A stretch of DNA of 64,000 bases from Anaerolineae bacterium (GCA_034437755.1 DAOTTV010000078.1:1-64000); one strand, 5' to 3'. Positions 1-10,893 are shown, counted from the stretch's first letter. The notes: generated by a model not told the origin, from the sequence alone. Made by a program: numbers and translations.

Positions 1-411
1 AGCTCTGCCCAGACGAAAGCAATGAAGAAGGTCGCTGGCGGTCTCAAGTTACAGATGGCACAATTCCGTGATCTCGCCGCATTCGCGCAATTCGGGTCTG
101 ATCTCGATAAAGACACCCAGCAACAGCTGGATCGTGGTCTGCGTTTAAACGAATTGTTCAAGCAAGGTCAATACGCGCCGATGCCGCTGGAAGATCAAGT
201 CGCTGTGATTTATGCCGGCACGAGCGGCTTGCTGGATAGCGTCGAAGTGGATCGGGTCAGTGATTGGAAGCAGGACTTCCAACGGGTCCTGCACACCCAA
301 TATTCTGACCTTGCCGAGACCATCCGCGAGGAAGCCAAAGGTGGCTTATCTGACGATACGATGAGCAAGTTGAAGGATGCCATCGAGACCTTCACTGAAA
401 CGTGGAGTTAA
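1..411 (+). CDS. atpA: F0F1 ATP synthase alpha subunit, C-terminal part. The gene starts upstream of the window, which opens in-frame.
   Basis: Translation matches the conserved C-terminus of the F1 alpha subunit (..[27 protein letters not shown]..). The stop is followed 29 nt later by atpG. Confidence 0.9.
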   Translation, partial: SSAQTKAMKKVAGGLKLQMAQFRDLAAFAQFGSDLDKDTQQQLDRGLRLNELFKQGQYAPMPLEDQVAVIYAGTSGLLDSVEVDRVSDWKQDFQRVLHTQYSDLAETIREEAKGGLSDDTMSKLKDAIETFTETWS

Positions 412-439
412 GACTCCAACAATCAGAAAGGAGATTTAG

Positions 440-1729
440 ATGGCAACTGCAAAAGAAGTAAAGGGTCGGATTAAGAGCGTTAAGAATATCTCGCAGATTA
501 CCCGTGCGCTGGAGGCTGTTTCAGCCTCTCGTGTGCGTAAGGCGCAAGAACTTGCGTCGGCAAGCCGCGAATATTCAGAAAAAGCGTGGGAAATCCTGCT
601 CAACATCCAGAATATGACCCGCGGCTCAGTGCCGCACCCCCTGCTGACAGAGCGCGAAGAGATCAAGAGCGTTCTCGTCGTCCTGATCACGTCTGATCGG
701 GGGCTAGCCGGGGCTTACAATACCAATATCACCCGCGTTGCGACGCGCTTTGAAGAACGCTTCGACGGCGATGTGAAATATCTGACTGTCGGTAAGAAGG
801 GGCGCGACTCGCTGATTCGCATGGGGAAAGAGGTCATCGCAGAATTTAGCGATCTGCCCCCGAACCCGACCATCGCCGATATTTCGCCCATTAGCCAATT
901 AGCTGTCGAGGCATTCTTAAGTGGCGAAGTTGATGAGGTGGTGATCGCGTATACGGACTTCATCAATATGCTGACGCAACGTCCGGTCGTGCTGGGCTGG
1001 TTACCCTTGACCCCGCATACCGAAGCTGAGAAAGTCGCGTCGGATTATGTGAAGGACGTGCCACAAGTCACGGATACTGATCAGGACTACGAATATGAAC
1101 CGACCGCTGTGGCAGTCGTCGATGAAATTGTCCCGCGTTTTACCGAACTGCAATTGTATCAAGCCTTGCTTGAATCACAGGCGAGCGAACACGCGGCGCG
1201 GATGAACGCGATGCGTAATGCAACCGATAACGCTTCGCAATTGGTTGATGATCTGACCTTAGAATACAACAAAGCGCGTCAGGCGGCGATCACCAGCGAA
1301 ATTCTCGACATCGTCGGTGGTGCGGCGGCGCTGGAAAATACAGAACGGGGCGGATCAAGCGAGAATGGTAACGGGAGCAAAGCCAAGCAACGGCGGCAAA
1401 AGTCGAAGCAACAATCAAAAGCGATCGCCGTCGCTGACGCACCCGCTGAAAAACCGGCGGGCAAACCCGATGATTTTACAGTGATTAAAGGTGTCGGCAA
1501 GAAAATGTCGCAAGCACTGATCGAAGGCGGTATCACGACTTATACCCAACTCGCCTCAAAATCTGAAGAAGAAATCCAAGCCGTGCTCGAAAAGACGGGC
1601 ATGCGCTTCGCCCCCAGTATCCCAACATGGGCAGAGCAAGCCGCTTATGCCGCCAAAGGGGATTGGGATGGTTTACAAGCTTTTCAAGATACGTTAGTCG
1701 CCGGTCGCCGTGTGGACGACGAGGAATAA
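440..1729 (+). CDS. atpG: F0F1 ATP synthase gamma subunit carrying an extra C-terminal extension of about 130 aa with helix-hairpin-helix character.
   Basis: The N-terminal ~295 aa are canonical gamma (MATAKEVKGRIKSVKNISQITRALE.. and C-terminal ..QAAITSEILDIVGGAAALE). A Gly/Lys/Gln-rich linker follows, then DDFTVIKGVGKKMSQALIEGGITTYTQLA..WAEQAAYAAKGDWDGL. RBS GGAGA upstream. Confidence 0.85.
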   Translation: MATAKEVKGRIKSVKNISQITRALEAVSASRVRKAQELASASREYSEKAWEILLNIQNMTRGSVPHPLLTEREEIKSVLVVLITSDRGLAGAYNTNITRVATRFEERFDGDVKYLTVGKKGRDSLIRMGKEVIAEFSDLPPNPTIADISPISQLAVEAFLSGEVDEVVIAYTDFINMLTQRPVVLGWLPLTPHTEAEKVASDYVKDVPQVTDTDQDYEYEPTAVAVVDEIVPRFTELQLYQALLESQASEHAARMNAMRNATDNASQLVDDLTLEYNKARQAAITSEILDIVGGAAALENTERGGSSENGNGSKAKQRRQKSKQQSKAIAVADAPAEKPAGKPDDFTVIKGVGKKMSQALIEGGITTYTQLASKSEEEIQAVLEKTGMRFAPSIPTWAEQAAYAAKGDWDGLQAFQDTLVAGRRVDDEE

Positions 1730-1745
1730 ATCAGGAGTGAAATAA

Positions 1746-3158
<1,413 letters not shown>

Positions 3159-3178
3159 AACCTCAGGGAGGTCATCTG

Positions 3179-3622
3179 ATGCCGATTCACGTTGAACTCG
3201 TGACGCAAGAGCGCAAAGTTTTTGAAGAGAAGGAAGCCGATATGATCGTCGTGCCGGCCGTCGAAGGCGAGATGGGCGTGTTGCCCGGTCATGCGCCTGT
3301 GTTGACGACGATGGGCTATGGCGAGCTGGTCATCCGCAAAGAAGGTGCAGAAGAACGCTTCGCCATTTATGGCGGCGTGGTTGATGTGCGACCGGATAAG
3401 GTCGTCGTGCTGGCGGATCTCGCGGACTCGTCCTTCGATCTGAACGTTGAGAAAGCGCAAGAAGCCCGCGAACGCGCTGAGAAAATGATGGAAGAAGGCG
3501 TGCCAGAAGAGCAAAACCGTGAGGCGACACTGGCTTTACGGCGCGCGGAACTCCAGTTGAAAGTGGCGCGTAAAGTGCGCGATCAAAGCGCTTTGCGGAT
3601 TGTGGATCAAGACGACAACTAA
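3179..3622 (+). CDS. atpC: F0F1 ATP synthase epsilon subunit.
   Basis: 147 aa; the N-terminal beta-sandwich (MPIHVELVTQERKVF..VVPAVEGEMGVLPGHAP) plus a C-terminal helical hairpin are typical of epsilon. It is the last gene of the operon. Confidence 0.9.
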   Translation: MPIHVELVTQERKVFEEKEADMIVVPAVEGEMGVLPGHAPVLTTMGYGELVIRKEGAEERFAIYGGVVDVRPDKVVVLADLADSSFDLNVEKAQEARERAEKMMEEGVPEEQNREATLALRRAELQLKVARKVRDQSALRIVDQDDN

Positions 3623-3652
3623 ACAACCGCGCACGACAATCTGCGATTGAAT

Positions 3653-3688
3653 GCGACGCTCGTTAGCAAAACGGGCGTTGCTTTTTTT
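3653..3688 (+). terminator. Putative intrinsic terminator of the atp operon.
   Basis: A 7-bp stem GCGACGC/GCGTTGC (one G-T wobble) followed by TTTTTTT, 30 nt after the atpC stop. Confidence 0.4.
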
Positions 3689-3747
3689 ACACCATGGTAT
3701 ACAGTATCATGGTAATCGATGGTCTATCATAGTTGAAAGCACAAGGC

Positions 3748-4770
3748 ATGTTCTCCAAAAGGCTTGGAGTGGACTTAGGGACGATCAACGTCCTGATTTA
3801 TGAGCGCAATCAAATCGTGCTACAAGAGCCGTCATTGGTAGCACTTGAAATCGAAGAGACAGGTGACGAGCGCATCATCGAGCTCGGTCAACCCGCGCGC
3901 GAGATGATCGGGCGTGTCGATGACGAAGGGATTCGCATTCTGCGCCCGTTACAAAATGGTGTGATCGCCGATTACGAAGTCACAGCCGAGATGCTGGCGT
4001 ATTTCTTCAGCAAAGCCGCTGGACGGATGCGTCTCTTCCGCCCGACGGTGATGATTAGCGTCCCATGGGGCGTGACCAGCGTCGAGAAACGCGCCGTCGA
4101 AGAAGCGGCACTGGCGGCGGGCGCTAAAGAGGCGTATTTGATATGGGAACCACTGGCGGCGGCGATTGGCGCGGGCTTGCCTGTCGGCACACCTGCCGGT
4201 GATATGGTGGTCAACATCGGGGGCGGCATCACCGAAGCGGCGGTTATCACCATGAACCACATCATTCGCGCCGAGAGTGGGCGTGTCGGCGGTTTAAAGC
4301 TTGACGATGCCATCGCGAGCTATGTCCGGCGTAAGTATAACCTCATCATCGGGCAACAGACCGCAGAGTCGATCAAGATTCAAGTCGGGGCGGCGGTCGA
4401 TCTCGAAGATGAGTTGACGATGGATGTACAGGGGCGCGATAACGTCAGCGGTTTGCCACGCACGATCACGATTACAACGGGCGAAGTGGTCGAAGCCTTG
4501 CACGACCCCTTGCTGAGTGTCGCGGGTGTGGTCAAAAGCGTCTTGGGCAATACACCGCCGGAACTCGCATCGGATATTATCGATCGTGGGATTGTGCTGA
4601 CGGGGGGCGGCGCACTTTTGCGCGGGTTAGATCAATTCCTGACCAAAGAGACCGGTGTGCCTGTTTTTCGAGCAGATAATCCTATGATTTCAGTGGCGAC
4701 CGGCGCTGGACGCGCACTAGAAGACCCCGCTATTTTGCGACGCTTACAGGAGCGTCGTAACCCCTACTAG
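3748..4770 (+). CDS. mreB: Rod-shape determining actin homolog MreB.
   Basis: MFSKRLGVDLGTINVLIY.., the actin-fold phosphate loops, and GGGALLRGLD at the C-terminus. The track ORF begins at a TTG at 3733; ATG 3748 matches the usual MreB N-terminus. Confidence 0.85.
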   Translation: MFSKRLGVDLGTINVLIYERNQIVLQEPSLVALEIEETGDERIIELGQPAREMIGRVDDEGIRILRPLQNGVIADYEVTAEMLAYFFSKAAGRMRLFRPTVMISVPWGVTSVEKRAVEEAALAAGAKEAYLIWEPLAAAIGAGLPVGTPAGDMVVNIGGGITEAAVITMNHIIRAESGRVGGLKLDDAIASYVRRKYNLIIGQQTAESIKIQVGAAVDLEDELTMDVQGRDNVSGLPRTITITTGEVVEALHDPLLSVAGVVKSVLGNTPPELASDIIDRGIVLTGGGALLRGLDQFLTKETGVPVFRADNPMISVATGAGRALEDPAILRRLQERRNPY

Positions 4771-4795
4771 ACCCAAAAGGGGCGATAGACATCGC

Positions 4796-4960
4796 GTAAC
4801 TACTCAGGTAGAGTCTTCTTGTGGGGTTTCACCCCACGCCCCAGCAGGTGATGTCTCCCTTGCACCCCAATTTTGCCGAACGCAAAGCGTTCGGCGAGTA
4901 CAGGTTCAACGGACGATCGTCCTTCGTGGGGGTTCGGGGGCAACGCCCCTGAGTAGTTAC
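4796..4960. mobile_element. MITE-like non-autonomous element, family 1, copy A (165 bp).
   Basis: Perfect 13-bp terminal inverted repeats GTAACTACTCAGG / CCTGAGTAGTTAC. It is flanked by a perfect 8-bp direct repeat GACATCGC (4788-4795 and 4961-4968). It is about 90% identical to a second copy at 51206-51368. Internal palindromes include GGACGATCGTCC and GCCGAACGC-AAA-GCGTTCGGC. Confidence 0.6.
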
Positions 4961-4976
4961 GACATCGCCCTCAGTA

Positions 4977-5615
4977 TTAATCGTCATCGTTTAGATAGTA
5001 CGTCATATGCTGGAGATGAACAACGGGATCGATATATTGCACCATCACATCGTCCGGCACATCAAGGCTAATGGGCGCGTAGTTCAAAATCGCTTTGACC
5101 CCCGCTTGCACGATGGTATCCGTAACAGCTTGCGCGACTTCGGCAGGCACAGCGACCATCGCGATCGACACGTTATTTTCGGTGATTATCTGCTCCAGGT
5201 CGTCGATGTGAAAGACGGGAAACCCGCCGATCGTCTGCCCGACCTTGCTCTCATCGGAGTCAAAAAGCCAGGCAATACGAAAGCCGCGATCCGTGAAGCC
5301 GCGGTAATGGGAGATTGCGCTCCCCAGATTACCCGCGCCAACCACAGCAACGCGCCATTCACGATTGACTTGCAAGACCTGACGTAATTTCTCGACAAGA
5401 AATTCGATCTGGTAACCAGTTCCCTGCTTACCAAACCCACCAAAGTGCGATAGGTCTTTGCGTATCTGTGCAGAGCTAATCCCCAAGCGTCGCCCTAACT
5501 CATGCGATGAAGTCACATCACGCCCTTCTTGTTTCAGGCGGTCTAAAGCCCGCAAATAAAGCGGTAAGCGACCAATGACGATGTCAGGAATGCGATCTGA
5601 CAACTTAGACGGCAT
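4977..5615 (-). CDS. rex: Redox-sensing transcriptional repressor Rex.
   Basis: N-terminal winged helix (..IGRLPLYLRALDRL..) plus a Rossmann NADH-binding domain (WRVAVVGAGNLGSA). Start chosen at MPSKLSD with an AAGGA RBS; the track ORF extends 17 codons further upstream. Confidence 0.85.
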   Translation of the reverse strand: MPSKLSDRIPDIVIGRLPLYLRALDRLKQEGRDVTSSHELGRRLGISSAQIRKDLSHFGGFGKQGTGYQIEFLVEKLRQVLQVNREWRVAVVGAGNLGSAISHYRGFTDRGFRIAWLFDSDESKVGQTIGGFPVFHIDDLEQIITENNVSIAMVAVPAEVAQAVTDTIVQAGVKAILNYAPISLDVPDDVMVQYIDPVVHLQHMTYYLNDDD

Positions 5616-5659
5616 AGCATGTCTGTCCTTATGATAAACAGCATTGTCAAGAGTGATTA

Positions 5660-5679
5660 TCTGTGACAAATGTCACAAT
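5660..5679. promoter_or_regulatory. Putative Rex operator (ROP box).
   Basis: TGTGACAAATGTCACA is a perfect palindrome of the form TGTGA-N6-TCACA, the Rex-family core. It lies 46-62 bp upstream of the rex start, in the divergent intergenic region shared with the HlyD/ABC operon. Confidence 0.5.
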
Positions 5680-5842
5680 ATCCTGAATATTACCATTTAT
5701 ATCACGATAATGCCAGTCATCTGTGCAAAATATGAATATAAGATGAGTTGATTTGCAATTAAACCACCGTGAAGATTCGCAATCTTTGCACCAAAGCGTG
5801 ATATGATACGATAGTAACACATAGTACAAAACAGGGGTTAGC

Positions 5843-7234
5843 ATGGCTGTTAGACGTTCACTTTTTATCTTACTTCTCCTGATTATCATCTTGCCAACAT
5901 GGGCATTCCAGAATAGCAACCAACCGACATCGGGCGAAGCGTCGATCCGTCTGAGCGATCTTCAGTTATACGAAGTTCGGCGGGGTAATGTCGCCCTGAC
6001 GGTGAACGCTATCGGTGCGATTGCACCGGATAACGACGTTCAACTGAGTTTTCTCACGGCTGGCGAAGTCGCAGATGTCTTTGTCCAGCGCGATGAGTAC
6101 GTGCTTGCTGGGGATACGCTGATGCGCCTCGAAAATGAGTTGCAACGCATCAGCTACGAACAAGCCCTGATCGCGCTCGAACGCGCTGAACTTCAGTTAC
6201 AAGATTTGCTCGAAGTAGACGAAGAGACGATTCGCCTAGCGGAACTCGGGGTCGAGAATGCGCGTGCGGCTTACCGGAGCGTGGTCAATGCTGTTCTGCC
6301 CAGTGACATCGAAGCGGCAGAAGTGGCGTACAGTCAGGCGTTAGAATTTGCCGACTCTCTGCGACAACAACGCGATGCTGTCGGCGGGCAAGTGGGCAGT
6401 GAAAATATCCAATGGCAACAGGCAAACGCCGCCTATGGCGAGGCGACATTTCAAGCGGAGATCGCCCGCTTACAAGTCGAACGTCTGCGTAACAGCACCT
6501 TCCCACAAGCGAACGTCGCGCTGGCAGGCATTGCGGAAGCCGAAGCCCAACTCCAACAGGTACGCGCCGGTCCGACAGAAGCCGAGCGTGAGGCGACACA
6601 AAGCCAGATTGAACAGGCTCAAGTTCAGCTTGATCGCGCCGAAGTCGCGTACAATCGCACGATCTTAGAAGCCCCATTCGATGGCGTAATCACCGCGGTG
6701 AATGCCGAGATTGGATCGCTCGCCGCCCCGGGCTTGACGGTCATCGAACTGATGGATGTTTCGCCACTGGGCTTGACCGTACAAGTCGATGAGATTGATA
6801 TTGATCTGGTCGAGATCGGTCTACCAACGCGGGTAACATTAGACGCACTGCCGAACTTGCAATTTCCTGCTACTGTGATCAGTATCGCGCCTATCGGCAC
6901 GCCATCGGGCGGTATCGTCAGCTATGATGTTGACATTGCGCTGGATGGCGATGATCCGCGCGTGCGCGTCGGTATGACTGCCGATGCATCGATCGTTATT
7001 GAAGAGACACAAGATGTACTAGTCGTGCCAAATTTGTATATCCGGCGCGATCGCACGACCGGACAATCCTTCGTCAACGTCCTGCGCGGAGATGACACCG
7101 TTGAAGAAGTCGAGGTCGAAATCGGCATCCAAGGACGCGAGACGAGCGAAGTCATCAGTGGGATTGAAGAAGGCGCACTCGTCGCCATTGATTTGAGTGG
7201 ACGCGGGCTTAACATCCTCGGAGGTGGGCAATGA
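5843..7234 (+). CDS. HlyD-family periplasmic adaptor (membrane fusion protein), first of two.
   Basis: N-terminal signal/anchor, a biotinyl-lipoyl-like segment (LSFLTAGEVADVFVQRDEYVLAGDTLMRLE), a long coiled-coil hairpin and a beta-barrel domain. Confidence 0.75.
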   Translation: MAVRRSLFILLLLIIILPTWAFQNSNQPTSGEASIRLSDLQLYEVRRGNVALTVNAIGAIAPDNDVQLSFLTAGEVADVFVQRDEYVLAGDTLMRLENELQRISYEQALIALERAELQLQDLLEVDEETIRLAELGVENARAAYRSVVNAVLPSDIEAAEVAYSQALEFADSLRQQRDAVGGQVGSENIQWQQANAAYGEATFQAEIARLQVERLRNSTFPQANVALAGIAEAEAQLQQVRAGPTEAEREATQSQIEQAQVQLDRAEVAYNRTILEAPFDGVITAVNAEIGSLAAPGLTVIELMDVSPLGLTVQVDEIDIDLVEIGLPTRVTLDALPNLQFPATVISIAPIGTPSGGIVSYDVDIALDGDDPRVRVGMTADASIVIEETQDVLVVPNLYIRRDRTTGQSFVNVLRGDDTVEEVEVEIGIQGRETSEVISGIEEGALVAIDLSGRGLNILGGGQ

Positions 7235-8850
7235 TACTCATCATCAGCCTGATTATCACGCTATTAGCAACCCTAGAATGGATTTTCATCCGTTGCATTC
7301 CCGTTTGGCTCGTGCGCGTTCTCGTACAAGTGCCCCTGTTGGTGCTGACGGTTTTCGTCGCGTGGTTTGCGGGCTTGTATCTGACCCATGAAGACCCGGG
7401 CGAACAGCAAGCACAGATCGAAGCGCAGATTTTAGATCGCGAGATAGCTTTCATCGGGGATTTGCGCGTAAGCGTCGACGCGACGGGTGCAATCACGCCA
7501 ATACGCCAGATTCCACTGACATTCCAAAGCGCACAATCGCCCGTCGTCGAGATTTTCTACGACGCAGGTGATCGCGTCGATACCGGCGCACTGATCGCCA
7601 ACCTCGATAACACCGATGCCCAACAAGCCGTACGGGATGCTGAAATCGCCGTCGCGTTGCAGGAGACATCTTACGATGCGCTGACATCCCCCCCGCGTGC
7701 TGAAGATTTAGCAGTGGCACAGGCGGCGATCGAAACAGCGCAGGCACAACTACGGGCGGCAACCACCTCCGCGACCATCATTCAAGATCGCGAGATTGCA
7801 CGATTACAACAGGAGATTGCGGATAATCAACTGTGGCAATCGCAACTCGCCCGCGATTCCTTGACCCCACCAAGCGAATTTTACGTTGATTTCGATCTCG
7901 TTGATGACTTCACAGCAGACATTGACAACGACGACATCGCTCAACAGGTGGAAGAAGCCAGCACGACTGTCGCAGAGACGCTGGAACAACTCAATGCGTC
8001 CAATCGAGCGGCGTTCCAAGCGCAACAACTAAACGCACAGGCGGCGATCAATCAGGGGGAATTGGGCATCGAACAGGCGCGTCTCAATTTCGAGTCGGTC
8101 GTCTCGCGACCGGCAGACCCCGCATCAGTTGCCGGTGCGAATCTCGCGCTGGAACAAGCCGAAATCACCTATAATCGCCTCGTGAACGGGCCGACTGATC
8201 TGCAACTACAGCAGGCGACGCTCGATCTGCGGACGATCAACCTCGCGCTGGAGCAAGCCGAGTACGCGCTCGAACAAACGCAACTGACAGCGCCCTTCCC
8301 CGGCATCATCGCCCAGATGGATCTCGTCGAAGGGCAATTGCCACCGCAGGGCGTAGGCGTGTTGTTGATTGACGACAGCGGCTATTATGTTGATTTACCG
8401 ATTGATGAGACCGACGTCGCCGATGTGAAAGTCGGGCAACGGGTCGAGTTCGATGTCGATGCCCTGCCAAGCGAACTCGTGATCGGCGAGGTGCGGAGTA
8501 TTGCCTATTCGCCGCTCAATCTTGATAACCTCGTCGCCTATAACGTGCGCGTCGATATTTTACCAACGAATACCGCCGCTATCCGCACCGGCATGACCGT
8601 GACCGGCAGCATCATCACGCTCGAAAAAGCGGACGTATTGCTCGTCCGTAACAATTTTGTGCGCTTCGATCGCATTACAGGCGATGCGTTCGTCACCGTA
8701 CTTGACGCAGACGGTCAACTTGACGAGCGTCTGGTGCTGTTGGGCGATCGCGGCGATATTTACAGCGAAGTACTCGCCGGTTTAGAGGCTGGCGACGAAG
8801 TTGTGCTGGTACCGCGCAACGACGGCGCGGGTCTCTTCGGCACGCAATAG
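7231..8850 (+). CDS. HlyD-family periplasmic adaptor (membrane fusion protein), second of two.
   Basis: TM anchor, lipoyl-like motif (VVEIFYDAGDRVDTGALIANLD) and an extended coiled coil. Its start overlaps the previous stop (ATGA). Confidence 0.7.
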   Translation: MILIISLIITLLATLEWIFIRCIPVWLVRVLVQVPLLVLTVFVAWFAGLYLTHEDPGEQQAQIEAQILDREIAFIGDLRVSVDATGAITPIRQIPLTFQSAQSPVVEIFYDAGDRVDTGALIANLDNTDAQQAVRDAEIAVALQETSYDALTSPPRAEDLAVAQAAIETAQAQLRAATTSATIIQDREIARLQQEIADNQLWQSQLARDSLTPPSEFYVDFDLVDDFTADIDNDDIAQQVEEASTTVAETLEQLNASNRAAFQAQQLNAQAAINQGELGIEQARLNFESVVSRPADPASVAGANLALEQAEITYNRLVNGPTDLQLQQATLDLRTINLALEQAEYALEQTQLTAPFPGIIAQMDLVEGQLPPQGVGVLLIDDSGYYVDLPIDETDVADVKVGQRVEFDVDALPSELVIGEVRSIAYSPLNLDNLVAYNVRVDILPTNTAAIRTGMTVTGSIITLEKADVLLVRNNFVRFDRITGDAFVTVLDADGQLDERLVLLGDRGDIYSEVLAGLEAGDEVVLVPRNDGAGLFGTQ

Positions 8851-8865
8851 CGAGGACAAACGACT

Positions 8866-9657
8866 ATGGCAAAAAAAGCAGTCATCGACATTCGACGCAT
8901 CACTAAGAATTATCAGATGGGGCAACTCTTGCTGAAAGTGCTGAAAGGCATCAATCTCAAGATTTACCCGGGTGAATTCCTGTCGATTATGGGGCCGTCT
9001 GGCTCGGGGAAATCGACACTGATGAACATCCTCGGCGCGCTCGATCAGCCGACCGCCGGCGAATACTATCTGGATGGCTTAGATGTGAGCAAACTGAGCG
9101 AGGAGAAACTCGCCAAAGTTCGTAATAAGAAAATCGGCTTCGTCTTTCAGAATTTTAACTTGCTCAAGCGGACGACCGCCTTACGGCAGGTCGAGTTACC
9201 TTTGATTTATAGCGATGGCGGGGCGCGGAGCAAGAAAGCACAAGCGGCACTTGAATCGGTGGGTTTAGGCAAACGTATCGACCATTTACCGAGCGAGCTA
9301 TCCGGCGGTCAGCAACAACGGGTAGCCATCGCACGCGCACTGGTCAATGAGCCATCGGTGATCCTTGCAGACGAGCCGACAGGCAACCTTGACTCGCGCA
9401 GTGGCACAGAAGTCATGCAGATTTTCCAGCGGTTGAACCGCGAGGACGGGATCACGACGGTTTTTGTGACGCATGATCCGTGGATTGCCCGTCATACCGG
9501 GCGCGTCATCATGTTGCGCGATGGCAACGTCATCGCGGATGAACGTGTGAAGAATCCACTCGTCGCCGGTGAAGTCGAGCGTCCGTCCGAAGCAGAAGAG
9601 CTACAAGGCATCTTCGACGAAACGTACTATGGCGGTGACGAAAGCGAGTATAATTAA
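8866..9657 (+). CDS. ABC transporter ATP-binding protein of the MacB/LolD type.
   Basis: Walker A GPSGSGKST, signature LSGGQQQRVAIARAL, Walker B ILADEPTGNLD. Confidence 0.9.
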   Translation: MAKKAVIDIRRITKNYQMGQLLLKVLKGINLKIYPGEFLSIMGPSGSGKSTLMNILGALDQPTAGEYYLDGLDVSKLSEEKLAKVRNKKIGFVFQNFNLLKRTTALRQVELPLIYSDGGARSKKAQAALESVGLGKRIDHLPSELSGGQQQRVAIARALVNEPSVILADEPTGNLDSRSGTEVMQIFQRLNREDGITTVFVTHDPWIARHTGRVIMLRDGNVIADERVKNPLVAGEVERPSEAEELQGIFDETYYGGDESEYN

Positions 9658-10893
9658 GTGAACCTGATCGAAGTCTTTCGCATTGCGGTTGAGAGCTTAC
9701 TGATTAATCGCCTGCGTTCAGTATTGACGACGCTGGGCATCATCATCGGTGTTGGCGCGGTGATCTCGCTGGTCAGCCTTGGGCGCGGAGTCGAGACGTA
9801 CATCGACGGTGAGTTCGAGGCGCTGGGCGCGACTCTGCTCGAAGTGAGTTCTACCCAACCTGAGAGCCAGAACCGCACGCGGGTTGAGCCACTGAGTACG
9901 ATCACAGCCGAAGCCCTGACGAATCCAGCGATTGCGCCGAGCATCCGGCAAGTGGCGATGGGCTATCGCGTGTTCGGCGGGGTGACGGGTGAAGGGCAAC
10001 AAGTCAGCACGAATATACGGGGCGTGAGCGCCAATTACGACGACGTACAATCGTGGAATATGCTATACGGCAGTTTCATCAGCGAGCTAGAGACCGAGAC
10101 GACAGCACGAGTGGCGGTGTTAGGTCTGGATGTTGTCGAGGATTTGTACGCCGATCGCACTTTTAACCCTGTCGGGCGCAACATCCGCATTAATCAACGC
10201 GTATTTACGATCATCGGCGTGATGGAAGAGCGCGGCGGCGCGTTCGGTGCGAGTGAAGATAACGTGATCTTCATCCCGATCACTACCGCACAGACGCGCC
10301 TCGCCAATGCGCGCAGTCGCGATGGTGGCTACATCGTCAGTACAATCTACGTCGAAGTCATCAGCGAAGAACGTATCGACCAGGCGACCCGCGAGATTCA
10401 GACTTATCTCGATGATGCCCACGACATTCGTTTCGTCGATGAGCGTGATTATGATATTTCCAGCGATGCCGGTCTGCTGGATACAGTGGAGCAAATCAGC
10501 GGCACCCTGACGATCTTTCTGGGGATGATCGCCGGTATCTCTCTGTTAGTAGGCGGCATCGGTATCATGAATATCATGCTCGTTTCAGTAACCGAGCGCA
10601 CGCGCGAGATTGGCTTACGCAAAGCTGTAGGCGCGAAGTCCAGCAACATCTTAACCCAATTCCTGATTGAAAGCACGATTTTATCGCTCATCGGCGGGTT
10701 TTTGGGCATCGGGGTCGGGTATATCGCGGCGATTGTCGGCACGAATCTATACGAACAATTGACGATGACTATCGAACCGGATGTTGTCTTGCTGGCGACC
10801 GGTGTTAGTACTTTCGTTGGTATCTTCTTCGGCTATTACCCAGCCCAGCGCGCCGCCCGTATGAAGCCAATCGATGCCTTACGTTTTGAGTAA
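9658..10893 (+). CDS. ABC transporter permease with the FtsX/MacB fold.
   Basis: MacB_PCD-like periplasmic domain followed by a C-terminal FtsX 4-TM module (GGIGIMNIMLVSVTERTREIGLRKAVGA). GTG start abuts the upstream stop. Confidence 0.85.
   Translation: MNLIEVFRIAVESLLINRLRSVLTTLGIIIGVGAVISLVSLGRGVETYIDGEFEALGATLLEVSSTQPESQNRTRVEPLSTITAEALTNPAIAPSIRQVAMGYRVFGGVTGEGQQVSTNIRGVSANYDDVQSWNMLYGSFISELETETTARVAVLGLDVVEDLYADRTFNPVGRNIRINQRVFTIIGVMEERGGAFGASEDNVIFIPITTAQTRLANARSRDGGYIVSTIYVEVISEERIDQATREIQTYLDDAHDIRFVDERDYDISSDAGLLDTVEQISGTLTIFLGMIAGISLLVGGIGIMNIMLVSVTERTREIGLRKAVGAKSSNILTQFLIESTILSLIGGFLGIGVGYIAAIVGTNLYEQLTMTIEPDVVLLATGVSTFVGIFFGYYPAQRAARMKPIDALRFE

Noticed and set aside
5715-5745. 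A second Rex half-site-like sequence TGTGCAAAATATGAATATA in the rex upstream region.
   Set aside because: Only one half-site (TGTGC) is present and there is no matching inverted partner at the correct spacing.
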